DNA of 64,000 nucleotides, from contig JBDKFG010000002.1 of NCBI GenBank assembly GCA_039798785.1, forward strand, positions 60,853-124,852, read 5' to 3'. Origin of the DNA: Verrucomicrobiota bacterium (GTDB taxonomy: Bacteria > Verrucomicrobiota > Lentisphaeria > Lentisphaerales > Lentisphaeraceae). The position numbers and the translations under genes were made by a program. Positions 62,120-64,000 of this stretch are shown piece by piece. The notes below the pieces were generated by a model that saw only the letters and a program-made list of their open reading frames with translations, was not told the DNA's origin and made no database searches. The number at the start of each line of letters is the position of its first letter. The first letter of the stretch is position 1.

Positions 62120-63463
62120 ATGATGGCCACCCCCAAAACCCAACCCTTCCTCAGTCCCGGTCGCCAGACCTGGAACGCCCCTGTTACGAACTGGGAGGGC
62201 AAGCGCAGCAACAAGAGCCTTGGCACCAAGGATGTGTCGGAGGCCCGCGCGATTTGCCGTGAACTCAATGACCTCGCCAAGAGTCAGCTCCTTCCCGATG
62301 ACCCCGCCTTGTCGCTGATCAGCCCCATCGCCTACAAGCTCTACTACGACCGCGAGAAGTTCTTCAAGTTCACTGACAACACCAGCCCGATCGTCAGCCC
62401 ATTGCACCGCGACGAAGCCAACGCTATGCTGGCCGAGTTGGTGGCGCTGCGCCAGCAGGTCAAAGAACTGCAAGGCTACAAGGATCGCTATGAGGCTTTG
62501 GCCAACTCGCTGGAAGGCCGTCGACTCAAGTCAGAGCAGGACAGTCCTACTTTAGGTGAGGTTGAGGACGCCTACATCCTGTCTGTCGCCAATCTGAATC
62601 GTAAAGGAATCCTCCAGCGCATCTGGCTGGCTCACTTCATTCAAGCTATGGGCAGGGACACTCGGATCGCCAGTATCACCCCTGGGCAGATTGCTTCATT
62701 TATTGCTGATGAGGCTGCCGCATACAAGGGAGATGCGAGTCGAGCTCAAAAGACCCGTGCCCTCACGTCCCGTTTTTACACTTGGGCTGCGATCACCTAT
62801 GGCATAGTACGCCCTATGGACCAAGTGCCAACGAGTCGTAACACGGCGCAGCACGACATCCAATGGCATAGCCTTGAAGATGTCGAGCGAGTATTGGCAG
62901 GCTTGGATGTCTACTGGCGGGCGCTGGTCGGGACTTTAGCCTACGCGGGACTCTCGGCCCATGAGCTGCGCGGCTTGCAGAGCAAAGATCTGATCGAAGT
63001 CAAAGGCCGACGATTCCTCAGGGTTACTCCCAGCGAAGAGCGCAGTTTGAAGACGCACAAGCGCCGCCGGAATGTTGCCATCTCAAAGCGTCTGGAGCCG
63101 CTACTAGACGCGCACATCAAGGCAATGGAGAAGAAAAAAGAGGCGGCTAAGGCGTTGGCGAACGAGGATGCAAAAGCTGAGACGGAGGCGGAGCCGACGA
63201 AAGAAGAACCCCAGTATCTATTCCCCTCCATCGCCGAGAGAGGCAAAACTGAGATTTGGCATCCAGATGGCTTAACCCGTCACCTTGGAGAGCACCTACC
63301 CGAGGGAATGAACGCGTTGTCGTTGCGCCGGACTTTTGGCTCCCTTTTGATTCGCTCGGGCAAAAGCGCAGAAGAAGTTGCTGCTGCGATGGGCAACAGC
63401 GCCGCCATGGTCCATACCCATTATGGCCGTATTTTAGGGGGAGAGGTAGACATTGACTTCTAA
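62120..63463 (+). CDS. Tyrosine recombinase / island integrase (atypical catalytic motifs)
   Basis: N-terminal arm-binding-like KSLGTKD..EA; YAGLSAHELRGL, LKTHKRRRNV, SLRRTFGS, MGNS...V..HYG; adjacent to a tRNA fragment. Confidence 0.88.
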   Translation: MMATPKTQPFLSPGRQTWNAPVTNWEGKRSNKSLGTKDVSEARAICRELNDLAKSQLLPDDPALSLISPIAYKLYYDREKFFKFTDNTSPIVSPLHRDEANAMLAELVALRQQVKELQGYKDRYEALANSLEGRRLKSEQDSPTLGEVEDAYILSVANLNRKGILQRIWLAHFIQAMGRDTRIASITPGQIASFIADEAAAYKGDASRAQKTRALTSRFYTWAAITYGIVRPMDQVPTSRNTAQHDIQWHSLEDVERVLAGLDVYWRALVGTLAYAGLSAHELRGLQSKDLIEVKGRRFLRVTPSEERSLKTHKRRRNVAISKRLEPLLDAHIKAMEKKKEAAKALANEDAKAETEAEPTKEEPQYLFPSIAERGKTEIWHPDGLTRHLGEHLPEGMNALSLRRTFGSLLIRSGKSAEEVAAAMGNSAAMVHTHYGRILGGEVDIDF

Positions 63464-63571
63464 TCCACAGCAGCCCCTGAAAAGCGCCTCGAAAACCGTG
63501 AGCAAAATAAAAAGATCCATGCTTAATTCGTGAGCAAATTACCAATTTTCGAAAAATTTCGTGCTCAAAAT

Positions 63572-63629
63572 GTGGTCTTAGAAGCCGCTGCCGAAAGGCG
63601 TAGGGGTTCAAGTCCCCTCTTGCGCACCA
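63572..63629 (+). tRNA. 3' half of tRNA-Leu(TAG) (att site, not an intact gene)
   Basis: Anticodon loop CTTAGAA, variable arm GCC-GAAA-GGC, T arm AGGGG-TTCAAGT-CCCCT and CTTGCGC-A-CCA end. No D arm or 5' acceptor strand upstream. Confidence 0.88.
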
Positions 63630-63640
63630 AGTTTTCAATC

Positions 63641-63675
63641 AACGGCTTGCATCGAAAGATGCAAGCTGTTTTCTT
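63641..63675 (+). terminator. Terminator downstream of the tRNA fragment
   Basis: AACGGCTTGCATC-GAAA-GATGCAAGCTGTT followed by TTCTT. Confidence 0.8.
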
Positions 63676-63723
63676 GGGCAGGAATTTTCGTGAGCAAAAA
63701 AATGCGACCTGTATTACTCCAAA

Positions 63724-64000
63724 TCACCCCGCCTTGAGCTCAATCGAGCTAGAATCCAGCCAGGATTTGATCCAGCCGCTGATGATGGTGGCGCGAATGA
63801 CGGCCAAGGCGTAGGAGCCGTCCGCCGACCAAGCCATGCCGCGGCCCTTCTGGCGCTGGCTGACGCAAAAATGACAGGCCTTCTCGGCAGGATTGCTCGA
63901 TAAAGGCAGTCCGAGCTTCTTGCGGATGGAATAGACGGGGATCTGATCTCGACGGGCTTCGAGGTAGTCCATCAGCTCCTGGATCTTCTTGGGATTGCGG
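63724..64000 (-). mobile_element. C-terminal part of a DDE transposase (ISLre2/ISKra4-like); 5' end outside the window
   Basis: YL..RR..IP.Y..RK.LGL..SSN..EKA....VSQRQK..GM.WS..GS.ALA; the frame is open to the window edge. Confidence 0.75.

Larger units (their letters stand above)
15460..63629. mobile_element. Integrative genomic island at tRNA-Leu; left boundary not determined and may extend beyond position 1
   Basis: Integrase next to a 3' tRNA fragment, plus backbone genes RadC, DUF2787, inovirus-Gp2-like HUH protein, PD-(D/E)XK nuclease, clamp-like protein and helicases. No second tRNA copy was seen in the window. Confidence 0.7.
63497..63699 (+). repeat. Four CGTG(AG/CT)CAAA direct repeats, putative integrase arm sites
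   Basis: Copies at 63497, 63529, 63560 and 63689. Confidence 0.65.

Noticed and set aside
63545..63629. Intact tRNA-Leu gene
   Set aside because: The 5' acceptor strand and D arm are absent; only the 3' half is present.

Overview
GC-rich bacterial accessory DNA; the host cannot be determined, though several protein families suggest the PVC superphylum. Most of the window looks like the right part of a large integrative island. It ends in a tyrosine integrase (62120-63463) and the 3' half of a tRNA-Leu(TAG) att site (63572-63629), followed by a partial IS transposase; no matching left att site was seen. Left to right: (1) two divergent paralogous cadherin/CSPG-repeat secreted proteins, the left one a serralysin-type Zn protease missed by the ORF track; (2) between them, a two-cassette integron array with two attC sites and a promoter+attI-like module but no integron integrase, with a degenerate second copy of that module at ~31 kb; (3) a YkgJ-TerB-two glycine-zipper/coiled-coil-degenerate Hsp70 operon, a candidate defence or stress system; (4) a co-directional block of small element genes (beta-clamp-like, PD-(D/E)XK nuclease, DUF2787, RadC) punctuated by repeated hairpins, then an ori-like region, an inovirus-Gp2-type HUH protein and a PIF1-like helicase; (5) an 8x HTH-repeat gene with an in-frame stop; (6) a ~25 kb locus encoding a 2.3k-aa adhesin, a rhodanese-like protein, a transglutaminase-like protein, a 4.66k-aa FN3/Ig-RHS-Hint-toxin and its immunity gene; (7) an HNH nuclease and an AT-rich AAA/RepA-like ATPase. 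Several long structured non-coding leaders were found by eye. All family assignments come from motif recognition, not database searches.
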